From Paramecium tetraurelia (Eukaryota): a DNA stretch of 24,689 bases. Shown piece by piece: positions 22,901-24,689 of this stretch. The stretch spans positions 434,001-458,689 of the forward strand of contig CT868485.1 of the NCBI GenBank assembly GCA_000165425.1. The letters are read 5' to 3'. Within the stretch, counting starts at the first letter, position 1. Every line of letters begins with the position of its first letter. The notes under the pieces were generated by a model, which saw only the letters and a program-made list of their open reading frames with translations, was not told where the DNA came from and made no database searches. A program made the position numbers and the translations under genes.

Positions 22901-24689
22901 TTTAGATAAATTTAAGAGTATGAAAAAGAAATTTAAATCAAATTTTCATTCAGATTTTAATGTCGTATTTCAGAATTTATTTAAAAGTTTGAGTAATTAT
23001 AATTTTCATAATTTAATTTATATTAGAAAGAGGATGAAAATTTTCATTTGTATTTGGTAGAAACCAAGTTATTTAAAAGTGTAAATGAAATAAAAATTAA
23101 TGTTTTAGATTTTCTTAATTGCTTAGAATTTTATTTACATTAAAAAATTAGATTAAAAGGTAATTTTTCAAACATTTATATTGATTAGGATTTTTTAATC
23201 CAATAAATAAAAAAAATATACTTAGAGAAAGAGAGTGAAAAAGTAGATAGTGGGGATGAATAGACAGAATAATTTGGTTTATTAGATAATATGGTTCAAA
23301 GGTTCAAAGACTTTACAAATAATGAATAATGGAAAATTAAATAGGGTCTAGTTTTTACTATAATTTAGATTTCATCTAATTAATTTTCTGACTCGATGAC
23401 TTCTTTTTGTTAGAAAGTCATAATCTAATTATGGGTTTAAGAAAAAGATCAAAGAGTTAGAAATATTTTAAAAAATTAAGGCTTGGTGAGCATGTAAATG
23501 TAGATATTGTAGAAAGATTGGTAGACTTAACAAGATAGAATTGAAGGTAAAATGTAGGAGATGTTGAGAAGAATTGATGAATTGTAGGAATAAATTTTTC
23601 ATGAAGCTAATCTTAGTTAGCGAGATCATTATCTGAAAGAACTTGATGAGACAACGGAGCAATTAGATCAATAAATCCAAAATATCAGTGAAATGGGTTA
23701 ATAGCTTAGACTTATAACTGACTTTGTAAATCATATTCGAAAAGGTTTAATTAGAGTCGAGGGGAAAATTAATGAAATGAAAGAATAACTCAAAAGTATT
23801 GGAAATGATGTTAAATTTTTGAGAGGAAAATCTGTTGAATAATTATTTGAAATTAGAAAATGGAAAGTATTGAAAAGAAGCCGCATTAAGGAATGTAAAA
23901 TCCATTTATGTACCATTATAAACTAAGGAGATATCTCATAAAGGTGAAAAAGAAAGAAGATAAATTAAGTATTTTAATAAATTTAGAACAAATCGATGAT
24001 GCAAATGGAGAAGTGAATGAGTTTTTATTAGAAGAGAACGAAACAGTGTTATTAATTCATGGGGTAGCTGGATCAGGTAAAAGTACAACAGCTAAGAAAA
24101 TAGAGGAATTTGTTTGGAAATTACATACCAATAATAAAAAAATTAGAAATCAGATTCTCATACCTGTTTATATCTCCTTGCCCTCGTTAAAAAACCCTGT
24201 TTTTTAAGCAGTAGAGGAGACACTTCATTAGGATGAGTACGGCTTTGATGAACTTTAACTAAGAGAATGCAAAGAGATATTAGAAAAGAAAGAATTCAGA
24301 TTGTTATTAATAATGGATAGTTATGATGAAATGAAACTAGAGAATATTTAGAAAAATTTATATATGAATAATAAAGTCAAATAGAATTGGTCAGACCCAC
24401 TTGTTATTTTTACCACAAGAAGTGAAATTTTTACGAGCAGTAATTATACCTTTTGGTTTGCACCTGATAATAAAGAAAATTTAAAGGAAATTCAGCTTTA
24501 AAAATTTAACCCTAAATAAATTATGGAATACTTAAAAAAATTCACAATTTAAAGTGTTAAAATGCAGACTTTTGATATATATGAATGGTAAACATAAATT
24601 TCAAATCAAGGAGGATTGGATATCAATAATTTTGAAAAGAATTGGGAAAAATTGAAGGAATCATGTTTGAGCATAACAAATTTGAGTGG
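19922..24689 (+). CDS. Large NACHT/STAND P-loop NTPase (NLR-like); 3' end outside the window; five apparent +1 A frameshifts
   Basis: ATG 19922 (alternative 19931): MSQMESILRGGGCGTSK. About 1380 aa of helical/coiled-coil sequence precede Walker A GVAGSGKST (24061-24087), Walker B LLLIMDSYDE (24301-24330) and sensor-like VIFTTRSE. No introns are needed. The frame is disrupted at 22372-22441 and 23873-23951, so this may be a pseudogene or assembly error. Confidence 0.85.

Larger units (their letters stand above)
1..24689. other. Ciliate (Paramecium-type) macronuclear genomic DNA: genetic code 6, very short introns
   Basis: Conserved motifs read through TAA/TAG as Gln (e.g. calpain IK-taa-GELGDCYF). 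All complete genes end in TGA. 18 GT..AG introns of 22-28 nt were found, 17 of them needed to keep the frame. Intergenic spacers are as short as 51 and 60 bp, and no IES interrupts a coding region. Confidence 0.95.

Noticed and set aside
22361..23955. Euplotes-type programmed +1 ribosomal frameshifting
   Set aside because: That mechanism needs AAA followed by a TAA/TAG stop. Here TAR encodes Gln and the sites lack that context.
7884..24689. Apparent proteostasis cluster (E4 ligase, calpain, cullin-like relic, LRGG-NACHT) as an operon-like system
   Set aside because: Ciliate gene order is not generally functional, these families are large, and unrelated genes intervene.
1..24689. IESs, transposase, tRNA or rRNA genes
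   Set aside because: Coding frames close with introns alone, and no DDE/RT motifs or structured RNA signatures were recognised by eye.

Overview
AT-rich ciliate DNA, most likely Paramecium macronuclear sequence. TAA/TAG read as Gln, TGA is the only stop, and GT-AG introns are 22-28 nt, so the supplied standard-code ORF track only shows fragments. Re-read with translation table 6, the window holds five co-oriented minus-strand genes: a >1770-aa surface protein with about 10 repeated modules and a TTTDGG insert, a 207-aa protein with FRG1-like termini, a DGAT2-family acyltransferase, a Ufd2/U-box E4 ligase and an N-acylated calpain. These are followed by a possible cullin-like relic and a plus-strand MFS sugar transporter with a 1-nt frameshift. 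A decayed zone follows (MORN pseudogene, two N gaps, a ~160-bp direct repeat). The window ends with a large intronless NACHT/STAND NTPase gene that runs off the edge. The most intriguing signal is that this NLR-like protein begins MSQMESI-LRGG|GCGTSK, a ubiquitin-C-terminus-like cleavage motif fused to a cryptic myristoylation/palmitoylation motif. All translations and family calls were made by eye, without database searches.
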